DNA of 64,000 nt from Allosphingosinicella sp. (GCA_036386475.1 DASVVQ010000046.1:8624-72623), one strand, 5' to 3'; shown: positions 8,187 to 19,294, counted from the first letter of the stretch. Translations and numbers: made by a program. Notes: a model not told the origin generated them from the sequence alone.

Positions 8187-9200
8187 CTATTCCAAAGCCG
8201 CCTTCAAGGCCGCGACCACTCCGCTGAGGCGAACAGGTGGCTCCAACAGCTTAGCATAAAGTCTGTCGTCGCGTGCAACGGTTATGCGAGTAGGTTTTGA
8301 GCCGGAAATGTCGGCGTGCTCTCCCGTAAAGCCTTTGAAATGCGCGTCGATCAGAGCATCCATTGGAATCGAAGACAGCACCAACTCCTCAAACCCGTCA
8401 ACCACCGTTCTTGCGACACGCAATCGTTCGAGATCTGCAGCTGTCGCGCCACCGGTGGCGGCGCCCCCGATTCGCGGCGGCCTCGCCTTGAAGCGCCTGT
8501 GACTGGTGGCTTCCACAACGGTCGGCGCGGAAACATGTCGAGGAATAGCGCCCCCATGATGGGACGTGCCGCTACAGCGGAACGTGAGCTGCAAAACCGG
8601 TTCGTGGCGATCAATATGCACGAGACCAAGCTGATCGCGCACTCCGTCAGGATCGAGAGCTGCACTCTGACTGTCGGGAGTCCCCCAGAAGATGTCATAC
8701 TTATGGGCATAATTTCTTCCATTTCTGAACGCGGCGTCTTTCAGCGTTTGACATAGAGTGCGTGCGTGGCGCGCGGTCCAGGGGTCGCTCTCGGATCGCC
8801 GGTTCAACCGCGCTTCGGTGCGCACGTAATCCACCACAATCCTATTGTGGTCGTATAGCATGTCTTCCGCGCGTGATGTTGTATAAACTTCAAATGCGTG
8901 CGACCGCCGACTCCCGAGAGGCCGCGAAAATCGCAAAGCCCTGTTCCCCGGGTGGTGTAGAAAGGCGAAGAGAGCCTTTAGAGCAGATCCAGGAGTCTCT
9001 CGAGGCGATAGTGAATGCCGCAGCGGGGTCCACACTCTGTTCTTGAAGTTGCCTGAGTTGATCGGCTCGACTGGAGCGTTCATTCCTTCGTATAGATTAA
9101 TCAGGAAGATGCGTCCACGTGACGTACGACTTAAGAGACCAATTAAGCTCAGCATTTTCCGCGCACCCCCAATCCTGTCACATAACCAGTTAACTACCAC
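8187..9200 (-). CDS. 337-aa hypothetical protein, first gene of the islet operon
   Basis: GTG-start ORF co-oriented with and tightly packed against the next two genes. Enzyme-like motifs DIFWGTPD, LGLVH, PTVVEA and GFEELV. Start codon uncertain. Confidence 0.65.
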   Translation of the reverse strand: MVVNWLCDRIGGARKMLSLIGLLSRTSRGRIFLINLYEGMNAPVEPINSGNFKNRVWTPLRHSLSPRETPGSALKALFAFLHHPGNRALRFSRPLGSRRSHAFEVYTTSRAEDMLYDHNRIVVDYVRTEARLNRRSESDPWTARHARTLCQTLKDAAFRNGRNYAHKYDIFWGTPDSQSAALDPDGVRDQLGLVHIDRHEPVLQLTFRCSGTSHHGGAIPRHVSAPTVVEATSHRRFKARPPRIGGAATGGATAADLERLRVARTVVDGFEELVLSSIPMDALIDAHFKGFTGEHADISGSKPTRITVARDDRLYAKLLEPPVRLSGVVAALKAALE

Positions 9201-9377
9201 GCCGGCAAGCGGCTGAGCACTTGATGGATAGCCGCCTTTCCACTGTCGGCCGAGCGCGGATCAAGTGCAGAGTCCTCCCTAGCCTCCCGCGACATCTCCC
9301 CTCCCTGTCAGCGAAGATGACGCGTCCCATGCGCCTCCTGACGGGCCGTGAAGGATGGGGTTACCTACCGCCGACTC

Positions 9378-9405
9378 CTCCGCGTCTCCGCGCCGCCGCG
9401 CGAAC
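9378..9405 (+). repeat. Short dispersed repeat CTCCGCGnCTCCGCGCC...GAAC, copy 1
   Basis: 24/28 identical to 10443-10470 by direct comparison. Confidence 0.55.
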
Positions 9406-9449
9406 TAATCTTCTTCCTTCCCCGGCCGCGGGCACCCCGTCAGATGCGC

Positions 9450-9750
9450 TCAACCCGCCGCCGGCTTCTGCGCGCCCGCCTTCGCCGCCGCCTTCTCCGC
9501 CTCCCCCTTCACCAGCCTCCTCGCCGCCGCGAACAAAGCCCCGGCCGCCGTCAGCAAAGCCGCGATCGCGCCCAACGCCTTGGCCCAGCCTTCCCCTGCT
9601 CGGTGGCGTTCTTGGCGACTTCCAGCGAGCGCGTGCGGGGCGCAGCGTCACTCGCACGCCCGCCGTCGCCTCATATTCCTCGAGGTCGGCGCTCGGGCCG
9701 CCGGGCGCGGCGAGGCGCGGGCGGGCGGGCGGGCGGCGACGCGCAAGGTG
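9450..9750 (-). pseudogene. Decayed copy of the 3' end of the lipoprotein gene at 3184-4203
   Basis: Aligns with about 3250-3490 (e.g. cgccgtcgcctcatattcctcgaggtcggcgctcgg is shared). Has two 1-bp deletions and an expanded GGGC run, a different C-terminal tail, a stop at 9450 and no 5' half. Confidence 0.8.
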
Positions 9751-9800
9751 TCGCGGCGCCCCTCCGTAAAGGGCTGCCGCGGCGCCTGGGCAGCCCGTGC

Positions 9801-10232
9801 CTAGCCTTTGCCGGTGACCGCGCTGATCGAGCAAGGCGAGTCGACCACCGCGGTCGCGCCGCGGATCGCCTGCCAGGAACCCTGGACCGCGGTCGGCTTG
9901 TGCTTGTCGAGCGGAACCTTGGCCACCACGGTGACGGGGACCCGTCCGGAGCTGATCGGGGTAGCGGGATCGGCGACCTTGTTGAACGAGGTGAAGCAGC
10001 CGACAGGCACGGCCTGGTCGATTCCGCTGTTCACGCGGATAGTGAAGTTGCAACCCGGATAATTGGATCCCTTGGCATAAGGGTTCGGGACATTGAGCGT
10101 GACCAGCGCGAACGTCTCGTCGCCGGTCTGCTTGGGCAGAGTCAGCGAAAGCCCGGCAATATCGTCCCACCCTCCGCTGTTGGTGATCTGCTGCTGCGAC
10201 AGACTCTGCGCATAGAAAAGCCGCATGCCCAT
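9801..10232 (-). CDS. Small beta-strand-rich hypothetical protein
   Basis: MGMRLFYAQSLSQQQITNSGGWDDIAGLSLTLP... with a GAGGG RBS, host-like codon use and a downstream hairpin. No signal peptide. Confidence 0.7.
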   Translation of the reverse strand: MGMRLFYAQSLSQQQITNSGGWDDIAGLSLTLPKQTGDETFALVTLNVPNPYAKGSNYPGCNFTIRVNSGIDQAVPVGCFTSFNKVADPATPISSGRVPVTVVAKVPLDKHKPTAVQGSWQAIRGATAVVDSPCSISAVTGKG

Positions 10233-10442
10233 GGATCCCTCCCTCTCGGAATGCCTCGTGGGCGAAATGGGCGCCTTACCGGTTCCGAAGACAAGCCGAA
10301 GCTGCACCATTCCGGTGGTGGATATGGAGGCAAACCGTCCGCGTGCAGGCTCGCCGTCGGAGCAATGTATCTGTCACACAACCGGGCGGGGCCCTCTGAC
10401 AGCCGCCGTCCCCACTGCCCTGCTCCGCCTCCTACTTTTATC

Positions 10443-10470
10443 CTCCGCGCCTCCGCGCCTGCGCACGAAC
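10443..10470 (+). repeat. Short dispersed repeat CTCCGCGnCTCCGCGCC...GAAC, copy 2
   Basis: 24/28 identical to 9378-9405. Confidence 0.55.
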
Positions 10471-10614
10471 CAGCTCTTCGCTCACCTGTCGTTCACGCGC
10501 GCGCCCTACGTTGCAGACAGGAGGCGAAATCCTATTTAGGATCGCGACAGCCGGTGCCTCGCGCGCGGACGCTCTCAAACGGGTCCCGCAAAAGAACCAC
10601 TTCGATGGGATTAG

Positions 10615-12582
<1,968 letters not shown>

Positions 12583-12590
12583 CGCTCCCC

Positions 12591-13646
12591 TCAGCCCAGC
12601 ACGCCGAGCGTCAGCAGGAGCAGGCCGAAGACGAGCATCGCCACGCTGGCGAGGAAGAGGAGCAATGCGGTGCGCCACAGCGCGCTGAGGGCGCCGAGGC
12701 GATAGGCGCCGCGCAGCTGGCGGTAGATGTGGACGGGCGGCACGATGATCGTCGCCAGGCCAACGATCGCGCCGAAGATGCCGATCCGGTTGAGCAGAAT
12801 CAGGACGACCAGCCCGAGGCTCATGAACGAGATCGAGTAGGTGACGAACGCCATATGGTCGTAGGCCTTGAACTCCTCGCGGTACCGTCGCCGGTGGAGA
12901 AAGAGCAGCCAGAGGAACGGCACCGAGATCGGGATCAGCGCCCAGGAGAATTTATAGGCGTTGGTCTGGACCTTGTAGAAGAAGAGCGACCTGTTCTCGT
13001 TCGCTTTCTTGATCCCTTCGTCGAGCCGCCCCCAGCCGGTTCTCAGCTCGCGCGGGGCGGCGGCGAATTCCTGCGCGTCCCGGAGCGCATCGCGCTCCCG
13101 CCGGGCGCCTTCCAGGCGCCGGTCCACCGCCGCCACGTCTCCGCGCCGGGCGGCCGCTGCCCGCCGCTCCGCCTCGAGCGTGTCGACCTGAGCCTGGGCG
13201 GCGCGCAGCTCCCCGGCGATGTCGACCCCGGCGCGCGGGTCGTCCATGCCGATCACGCTGCCCCCGGCGATGCTCATCGCCGCGAACATCGTGAACACCG
13301 AGAAGAGGAACAAAGCGAGCGGCGAGACGAAACGCGCCCGCTCCCCGTCGATGTAGCGGCGGGTGAGCTCGCCCGGCCGCCAGGCGAGCAGCGGCAGAGT
13401 CCGCCACATCTTGCCTTCGAGATGGAGGACGCTGTGCAGAAAGTCGTGCCACCAGGCATGGAGGCTGCGATGGACATGCGCGGACTGGCCGCAGCCATGG
13501 CAGAAGGCGCCGACCAGCGCCGCGCCGCAATTCAGACACCGGCCGGGATCTTTATCCGGCCGCAGCTCGCCGGCCTCGGGCTCGACGGCTCGCGCAATCA
13601 TCCCGCCGGTGACCGCCTCGCCAATGCCCTCCGCGCCTTCGCTCAT
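12591..13646 (-). CDS. DUF3667 domain membrane protein
   Basis: CLNCGAALVGAFCHGCGQ zinc ribbon followed by GELTRRYIDGERARFVSPLALFLF and several TM helices. Confidence 0.85.
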   Translation of the reverse strand: MSEGAEGIGEAVTGGMIARAVEPEAGELRPDKDPGRCLNCGAALVGAFCHGCGQSAHVHRSLHAWWHDFLHSVLHLEGKMWRTLPLLAWRPGELTRRYIDGERARFVSPLALFLFSVFTMFAAMSIAGGSVIGMDDPRAGVDIAGELRAAQAQVDTLEAERRAAAARRGDVAAVDRRLEGARRERDALRDAQEFAAAPRELRTGWGRLDEGIKKANENRSLFFYKVQTNAYKFSWALIPISVPFLWLLFLHRRRYREEFKAYDHMAFVTYSISFMSLGLVVLILLNRIGIFGAIVGLATIIVPPVHIYRQLRGAYRLGALSALWRTALLLFLASVAMLVFGLLLLTLGVLG

Positions 13647-13742
13647 CCGTCTCCGCCCCTCGACGGGCCGGATATTGGATGAGGCGGCTCGGTGCGTCGA
13701 GAACATTCGCGCGGCGGCGCTGCCATGCTATTGCCGCCGCGC

Positions 13743-14423
13743 ATGACGCTTACCGGCCTACTCGGCGGCTCCTTCAATCCGGCGCATCGCGGCCACCGGC
13801 GGATCAGCCTCGCGGCGGCGGAGGCGCTCGGCCTCGACGAAATATGGTGGCTGGTCTCGCCCGGCAATCCGCTGAAGGAGCGAGACGGGATGGCGCCGCT
13901 TGCCGCCCGCGTCGCTTCGGCCCGCCGGGCGGCGCGGCGCACGCCGATCCGCGTCACGGCGATCGAGGCGGCGCTGGGCAGCGCCTTTACGGCCGACACG
14001 GTCGCCGCGCTCGTCCGCCGCTATCCCGGGCGCCGCTTCGTGTGGCTGATGGGAGCGGACAATCTCGCGCAGTTCCACCTCTGGCGCGAATGGCGTCGGA
14101 TCGCCGCGACGGTTCCGATTGCGGTCGTGATGCGGCCGGGTTATCATGGCGCCGCCCATCGGGCTCGCGCGATGGGTTGGCTGCGTCGCTTCGTCCGGCC
14201 CGCGGCCATGGCGCGTCACTGGGCGAAGTGGAGTATTCCGTCGCTCGTGCTGCTTCCACTGCCGCTCGATCAGACCTCCGCCACCGCCATTCGCGCCGCC
14301 GATCCCGATTGGCACCTCGACCGCGAGAAATCGTTCAGCAAAAGGGCGTTGCGCGACGGCGTGACGCGGCGCCCGCTCGACCCAAGGAGGCACATTGGCC
14401 GAACCATCCCCCGCTCCGCGTGA
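13743..14423 (+). CDS. nadD: Nicotinate-nucleotide adenylyltransferase
   Basis: GLLGGSFNPAHRGH (HxGH motif), WLVSPGNPLK, WLMGADNL, SATAIR; sits upstream of rsfS. Confidence 0.95.
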   Translation: MTLTGLLGGSFNPAHRGHRRISLAAAEALGLDEIWWLVSPGNPLKERDGMAPLAARVASARRAARRTPIRVTAIEAALGSAFTADTVAALVRRYPGRRFVWLMGADNLAQFHLWREWRRIAATVPIAVVMRPGYHGAAHRARAMGWLRRFVRPAAMARHWAKWSIPSLVLLPLPLDQTSATAIRAADPDWHLDREKSFSKRALRDGVTRRPLDPRRHIGRTIPRSA

Positions 14424-14802
14424 AGCAGGAGCCCCCGAACGAACCGAAGCGCTCCACCAGCTCGTGCTGCGTTCCCTCGACGACGACAAGGCGCTCGACG
14501 TCGTCTCCATCCCCCTCGCCGGCAAATCCAGCATCGCCGACCATATGGTGATCGCCAGCGGCCGCTCCTCGCGGCAGGTCGCTTCGATGGCGCAGAAGCT
14601 GACCGAGCGGATCAAGCAGGACATGGGCCGCAACGTCCGCCTCGAAGGGCTTCCCGTCGCCGACTGGGTGCTGATCGACGCCGACGACGTCATCGTCCAT
14701 CTCTTCCGCCCGGAGGTGCGCACCTTCTACAATCTCGAGCGCATGTGGGCCTTCGAGGAACGCTCCGGCTCCTCCGCACCCGCCCCCGCCGCGGCGGTCT
14801 GA
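14395..14802 (+). CDS. rsfS: Ribosome silencing factor
   Basis: SLDDDKA...IADHMVIASGRSSRQV...DWVLIDADDVIVHLFRPEVRTFYNLERMW. Confidence 0.95.
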   Translation: MAEPSPAPREAGAPERTEALHQLVLRSLDDDKALDVVSIPLAGKSSIADHMVIASGRSSRQVASMAQKLTERIKQDMGRNVRLEGLPVADWVLIDADDVIVHLFRPEVRTFYNLERMWAFEERSGSSAPAPAAAV

Positions 14803-14843
14803 CGGCCGCCCGAGGCCGGCCGTAGCGCGCAGGCCAGTACGTC

Positions 14844-15605
14844 TCAGCGGCAAAGGCGACCGGCGGCGTCGAGGTGCGGGCCGAGCGTGTCCGTTCTCCA
14901 TCCAATAGGAGTGGCGAGCAAGCTTCCCTCCGGCGGAACGACCGACAATTCGCCCGCGTCGAGGAAACGGCGGATCAGGCCGCGCGCCAAGTCGGAGTTG
15001 CGCGGCATCCAGTATCGCTCGCCGCCCCAAGAGATTTCTACGCGTGTCGGCGAGTCTGAGCCGAACGAAAATGACGCAAACGCGCCACGTAGCGGGGGCG
15101 GTACCCTGGGCTCTGCGCCGAAGTCGAGCATGATACTGGCACGACCGCCGCCACCGCACGTGAAGGAGAGGCTGGGTCGCTGCCCATCGGTTGCTGGCTC
15201 ACCTCCAATCGTGAAGGTCATCCCGGGAAAGAGGTCCGACCTGTGAACCTCGACCGAAGGAGGCGGCGGAGCACTTGGCGGACCTGCCGCAGCCCGGCGG
15301 ATTGTAATCGGTCCTTCGGAATGATCGCAGAGCTGGAGCCCGCGTTCGATCACGGCTCGTGTGTCGTAGTGCGACTGGATCGGGTCCGTCCGCGGCGCCA
15401 CCGCCATGGCCGAACCATTAGCACCGTACCGCCGGCCGTCAGGCATCGTCACGAAGACGCGGCGAGGACGACGACCTGCCCGAATCTCATGCCACTCGCA
15501 GCTGAGCGTCACTTCTGCGACGGTGAACGGCCACGGGTCGAGGGTCTCCACTGGCTCGGAGCAGGCGGCGAGCACGAGCAGCGACCAAGCGACAAGACAG
15601 CGCAT
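14844..15605 (-). CDS. Lipoprotein with N-terminal YebY/DUF2511-like domain
   Basis: Lipobox LVLAAC; WPFTVAEVTLSC...YGANGSA...IERGLQLC resembles the YebY family. A second, unknown domain follows a Pro-rich linker. Confidence 0.6.
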   Translation of the reverse strand: MRCLVAWSLLVLAACSEPVETLDPWPFTVAEVTLSCEWHEIRAGRRPRRVFVTMPDGRRYGANGSAMAVAPRTDPIQSHYDTRAVIERGLQLCDHSEGPITIRRAAAGPPSAPPPPSVEVHRSDLFPGMTFTIGGEPATDGQRPSLSFTCGGGGRASIMLDFGAEPRVPPPLRGAFASFSFGSDSPTRVEISWGGERYWMPRNSDLARGLIRRFLDAGELSVVPPEGSLLATPIGWRTDTLGPHLDAAGRLCR

Positions 15606-15751
15606 CACCCCAGGATCATGCCCTGACTCTGTGCGCTCAGCCAGATCACTTCTAAAAAGCCGCCGCCATATTTCCAATAAGGGCCTGCCATGGCCTCGGA
15701 GGCCGCACCGGATTGCTTCGGTTCGGCGGCAATGACGGCTACAGCCGCGCC

Positions 15752-16174
15752 ATGCTCCTCCACATCATCGCGCGCGGGAAGATCGGGCGCAGCCCGGAGG
15801 GCGAGCTGGTCGATCGCTATTTGAAGCGCATCTCCTGGCCGGTGAAGGTCAGCGAGCTCCCGGAAAGCGGCGGGCGGGTGCCTGCGGCCCCCGAGAACAG
15901 CGTCACCGTCCTTCTCGACGAGAAAGGCGAGCCGCTCGGCTCCGCCGGCTTCGCCGAGAAGCTGCGCGCCTGGCGCGACGACGGGCGGCGCGAGGCGCGT
16001 TTCCTGATCGGCGGCGCCGACGGCTTCGGGGACGCGGAGCGGGCGCGTGCGGACCTGCTGCTCGGCTTCGGCAGGGCGACCTGGCCGCATCTCATGGCGC
16101 GGGCGATGCTCGCCGAGCAATTGTGGCGGGCAACATCGATCCTTGCGAACCACCCCTATCATCGGGAAGGATGA
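15752..16174 (+). CDS. rlmH: 23S rRNA (pseudouridine1915-N3)-methyltransferase
   Basis: LDEKG...FLIGGADG...LLLGFGRATWPHLMARAMLAEQLWRATSILANHPYHREG, a SPOUT RlmH signature. Confidence 0.95.
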   Translation: MLLHIIARGKIGRSPEGELVDRYLKRISWPVKVSELPESGGRVPAAPENSVTVLLDEKGEPLGSAGFAEKLRAWRDDGRREARFLIGGADGFGDAERARADLLLGFGRATWPHLMARAMLAEQLWRATSILANHPYHREG

Positions 16175-16178
16175 GGCA

Positions 16179-17333
16179 ATGCGCCGCTTCCTCGCTTTCC
16201 TGACCGCCGCGGCCTGCGCCGCGGGCGTCGCGGTCGCGCAGAACCGGCCCGCCGACGACACTGCCGCGCTCCGCCAGGCCCAGCAGGAAGCCCAGCAGGC
16301 GCTGGCCCGCGCGCAGCGGCTCGACCGGGAGGCGGACAAGGCGACGACCGAGGCGGCGCGCGCCCGCGCCGCGCTCGAGGCCCTCGCCGCCCGGATCGAG
16401 GCGGGAGAGGCGGAGATCACCGCCGCCGAGCAAAGGCTGCGCATCGCCGAGACGCTCGCTGCCGGCCAGCGCGCCCGCCTCGCCGAGCGCCAGCAGCCGG
16501 TAGTGCGGCTGACCGCAGCGCTCCAGACGATGGCGCGCCGACCGCCTGCGCTCGCCCTCGTCCAGCCGGGCTCGCTGCAGGACGTCGTGCGCGTCCGCTC
16601 GATGCTCGCCTCGACCCTGCCGACGATCCGGGCGCGCACCGCCGGCCTGCGCGCGGAGGTCGCCCGCGGGAACCGGCTGCGCGACGATTCGGCGCGCGCC
16701 CATCGCTCGCTTCTTGCCGCGCGCGAGGAGCTGCAACGCCGGCGCACCGCTCTCGCCAACTTCGAGGTGCAGCAGCGCCGGCGTTCCCAAAGCCTCGCTT
16801 CGTCGGCACTCGCCGAATCGGACCGCGCCCTCGCGCTGGGCGAGGAGGCGCGCGAGATTTCGCGCCGCGCGGGGTCGCGCGAAGCGCAGGAACGGCTCGG
16901 CTCCCGTCTCGCCGAGCTGGACGGCCCGATCGCGCGGCCGAAATCCGCGGGCCCACCGCCGCGCGGACGCCCGCTTTACGTCCTGCCGGTCGAGGGACGC
17001 CTGCTGACCGGCGTTGGCGAGCTTTCGGACGGCGGCGTCCACGCCCGCGGCATCACCTTCGCCACCGAGCCCGGCGCCGACGTGGTGGCGCCTGCCGACG
17101 GCCGCGTCATCCACGCCGCCCGCTTCCGCTCTTACGGCGAGGTGGTCATCATCGACCATGGCGGCGGGGTCCACAGCGTCATCACCGATCTCGCCTCGTT
17201 GGCCGTCGCTGCGGGCGAGCGGGTGCGCCGCGGCGAGCGGATCGGAAGCGCCGGGACGAGGGACCCCCGCGTCAGCATCGAGCTGCGCCGGGGCGGCCGG
17301 CCCGTCGCCATCGCGCCGCTGCTCGCCGGCTGA
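16179..17333 (+). CDS. envC: Murein hydrolase activator EnvC family (M23 domain)
   Basis: Signal peptide, long coiled coil, C-terminal M23-like domain (LPVEGRLL, VVAPADGRV, YGEVVIIDHG); lies in conserved rlmH-envC-ctpA order. Confidence 0.85.
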   Translation: MRRFLAFLTAAACAAGVAVAQNRPADDTAALRQAQQEAQQALARAQRLDREADKATTEAARARAALEALAARIEAGEAEITAAEQRLRIAETLAAGQRARLAERQQPVVRLTAALQTMARRPPALALVQPGSLQDVVRVRSMLASTLPTIRARTAGLRAEVARGNRLRDDSARAHRSLLAAREELQRRRTALANFEVQQRRRSQSLASSALAESDRALALGEEAREISRRAGSREAQERLGSRLAELDGPIARPKSAGPPPRGRPLYVLPVEGRLLTGVGELSDGGVHARGITFATEPGADVVAPADGRVIHAARFRSYGEVVIIDHGGGVHSVITDLASLAVAAGERVRRGERIGSAGTRDPRVSIELRRGGRPVAIAPLLAG

Positions 17334-17442
17334 GCGGGCTGCCGGGCCGCCGTCTGAACCGACGTTCATCGAACGTTGCTTTTCCCGGCCCTAAGATCGC
17401 GATAGAAGCGCGCTCGAACCCTTTTTTCGCGTCAGGACATTC

Positions 17443-18801
17443 ATGGCCAGCAACCTCATCCGCTCCCTCGCCCTCGTCACGGCCATTGCGTTGGTCCCGG
17501 CGGCGACGGCGGGCCTCGCCCAGGTCGACGCCGACGCTTACAAGGGCATGGACCGCTTCATGAACGTGTTCGAGCGGGTCCGCTCCGAATATGTCGAGCA
17601 GGTCGACGACGACCGGCTGATCCGCGGCGCCATCGACGGCATGCTCGCCAGCCTCGATCCGCACAGCTCCTATCTCGACGAGCGCAATTTCCGGTCGCTG
17701 ATGACGACCACGGAAGGCAATTATGGCGGCCTCGGCCTCTCGGTCACGATGGAGGACGGCGCCGTCAAGGTGATCGCGCCGACCCGGGATACCCCCGCCG
17801 ACCGCGCCGGCGTCAAGGCCGGCGACTTCATCACCCATATCGACGGCCGGCTCTTCTACGGCGGCACTCTCGACGAAGCGGTCGAGCAGATGCGCGGCCA
17901 GCCCGGCACCAACGTCCGCCTCACCATCGTCCGACCCGGCCGCGACCGGCCGTTCGACGTCACCATCACCCGCGCGATCATCGACATTCCCGCCGCGCGC
18001 TCGGAAGTGCGGAACAATGTCGGCATCATCACGGTGACGACCTTCAACCGCAACACCACCGAGGCGGTCGCCGCCGAGATCCAGAAGGTCCAGCGCCAGG
18101 CCGGCAATAGTCTCGTCGGCTTCGTGATTGACCTGCGCTCCAATCCGGGCGGCCTGCTCGATCAGGCGATCGGCCTTTCGGACCTATTCCTGGAGCGCGG
18201 CGAGATCGTCTCGCAGCGCGGCCGCCGCCGGAACGACATCGAGCGCTATCACGCGCGGCCGGGCGACATCACCAACGGCCTGCCGCTGGTCATCCTCGTC
18301 GATGCAGGCACGGCCTCGGCAGCGGAGATCGTCGCGGCTGCCGTTCAGGACCACCGCCGCGGCATCGTCATGGGCGAGCGCACGTTCGGCAAGGGATCGG
18401 TCCAGACGCTGATTCCGCTCGGACGCGGCGACACCGCGCTTCGCCTCACCACCGCGCGCTACTACACGCCTTCGGGGCGATCGGTGCAGGAAGGCGGGAT
18501 CGCGCCCGACATCCTCGTGCCGCAGCTTTCCGATCCCGATTACCGGTCCCGCAACCGCGTTCGCGAATCAGATCTGAGGCGCCACCTGGTCAACGAGGCG
18601 GCGGTCGGCGAGGACGTGATCCAGGACGATCAGCGGCCCGATCCGCGCTTCGCCGCGACGCCCGAGGAGCTGCGCCAGCGCGGCATCGAGGATTATCAGC
18701 TCCACTATGCGATCCAGACCCTTTCAAGGCTGGCGCGGACCGGCAGTGCCGCGGCGGCGCCTGCGCCTGCGCCGGCGGCGCGCAACTCGCCGCGCCGGTG
18801 A
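17443..18801 (+). CDS. ctpA: S41 family carboxyl-terminal processing protease
   Basis: LDPHSSY, a PDZ domain, DLRSNPGGLL, TASAAEIV (catalytic Ser), GKGSVQ (catalytic Lys), TTARYYTPSG. Confidence 0.95.
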   Translation: MASNLIRSLALVTAIALVPAATAGLAQVDADAYKGMDRFMNVFERVRSEYVEQVDDDRLIRGAIDGMLASLDPHSSYLDERNFRSLMTTTEGNYGGLGLSVTMEDGAVKVIAPTRDTPADRAGVKAGDFITHIDGRLFYGGTLDEAVEQMRGQPGTNVRLTIVRPGRDRPFDVTITRAIIDIPAARSEVRNNVGIITVTTFNRNTTEAVAAEIQKVQRQAGNSLVGFVIDLRSNPGGLLDQAIGLSDLFLERGEIVSQRGRRRNDIERYHARPGDITNGLPLVILVDAGTASAAEIVAAAVQDHRRGIVMGERTFGKGSVQTLIPLGRGDTALRLTTARYYTPSGRSVQEGGIAPDILVPQLSDPDYRSRNRVRESDLRRHLVNEAAVGEDVIQDDQRPDPRFAATPEELRQRGIEDYQLHYAIQTLSRLARTGSAAAAPAPAPAARNSPRR

Positions 18802-18823
18802 GGCCGCTCTCACGGGCGTCGCG

Positions 18824-19294
18824 ATGACGGGCCTCGATCGCGCCCGGATGCTCTCGGTGCTGGTACCGGCGGGGCTGCTCGCGGGCGCCTACGGCTCGCA
18901 ATATCTGGGCGGCCTTCATCCGTGCGAGATGTGCTACTGGCAGCGCTGGCCGCATTTCGCCGCGCTCGGCCTCGGCCTTGCGGCGTTCGTCCTGAGCGGG
19001 CTGCCCGACCGCGGGCGCAGCCTGGTCTGGCTGGCGGCGCTGGCGATCCTCGTCAGCGGGGCCATCGGCGCCTATCATTTCGGAGTGGAACTGGGATATT
19101 TCGAGGGACTGACGCGCTGCGCCGGCGGCAGCGGAAACCTCGAGGACGTCTTCAACGCGCCCCTCATACGCTGCGACGAGGTGCAATATGCCTTCCTCGG
19201 CATTTCGATCGCGGGATGGAACGCGATCCTTTCGCTTGGGTTCGGAGCCCTGATCCTATGGTTGAGCCTCAGACGATCGCGCATCCGGACCTGA
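18824..19294 (+). CDS. dsbB: Disulfide bond formation protein B
   Basis: LHPCEMCYWQRWPH CxxC motif, TM helices and a second Cys pair. Confidence 0.9.
   Translation: MTGLDRARMLSVLVPAGLLAGAYGSQYLGGLHPCEMCYWQRWPHFAALGLGLAAFVLSGLPDRGRSLVWLAALAILVSGAIGAYHFGVELGYFEGLTRCAGGSGNLEDVFNAPLIRCDEVQYAFLGISIAGWNAILSLGFGALILWLSLRRSRIRT

Larger units (their letters stand above)
4300..9240. mobile_element. Putative horizontally acquired islet carrying a three-gene operon
   Basis: Visibly more A/T-rich than the flanks (a hand count of one selected stretch, 7021-7140, gave 59/120 G+C). Contains no recognisable core genes and is bracketed by a gene and a decayed copy of its 3' end. No intact integrase or transposase seen. 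Confidence 0.5.

Noticed and set aside
9296-9320. 14-bp match (ccctgtcagcgaag) to the reverse strand near 59230-59245
   Set aside because: Short, and no flanking similarity or att-like context; treated as chance.
17350-17390. TGAAC-N4-GTTCA inverted repeat upstream of ctpA, and similar TGAAC words near 59320 and 60860
   Set aside because: Spacing is inconsistent between occurrences; cannot assign a regulator from sequence alone.
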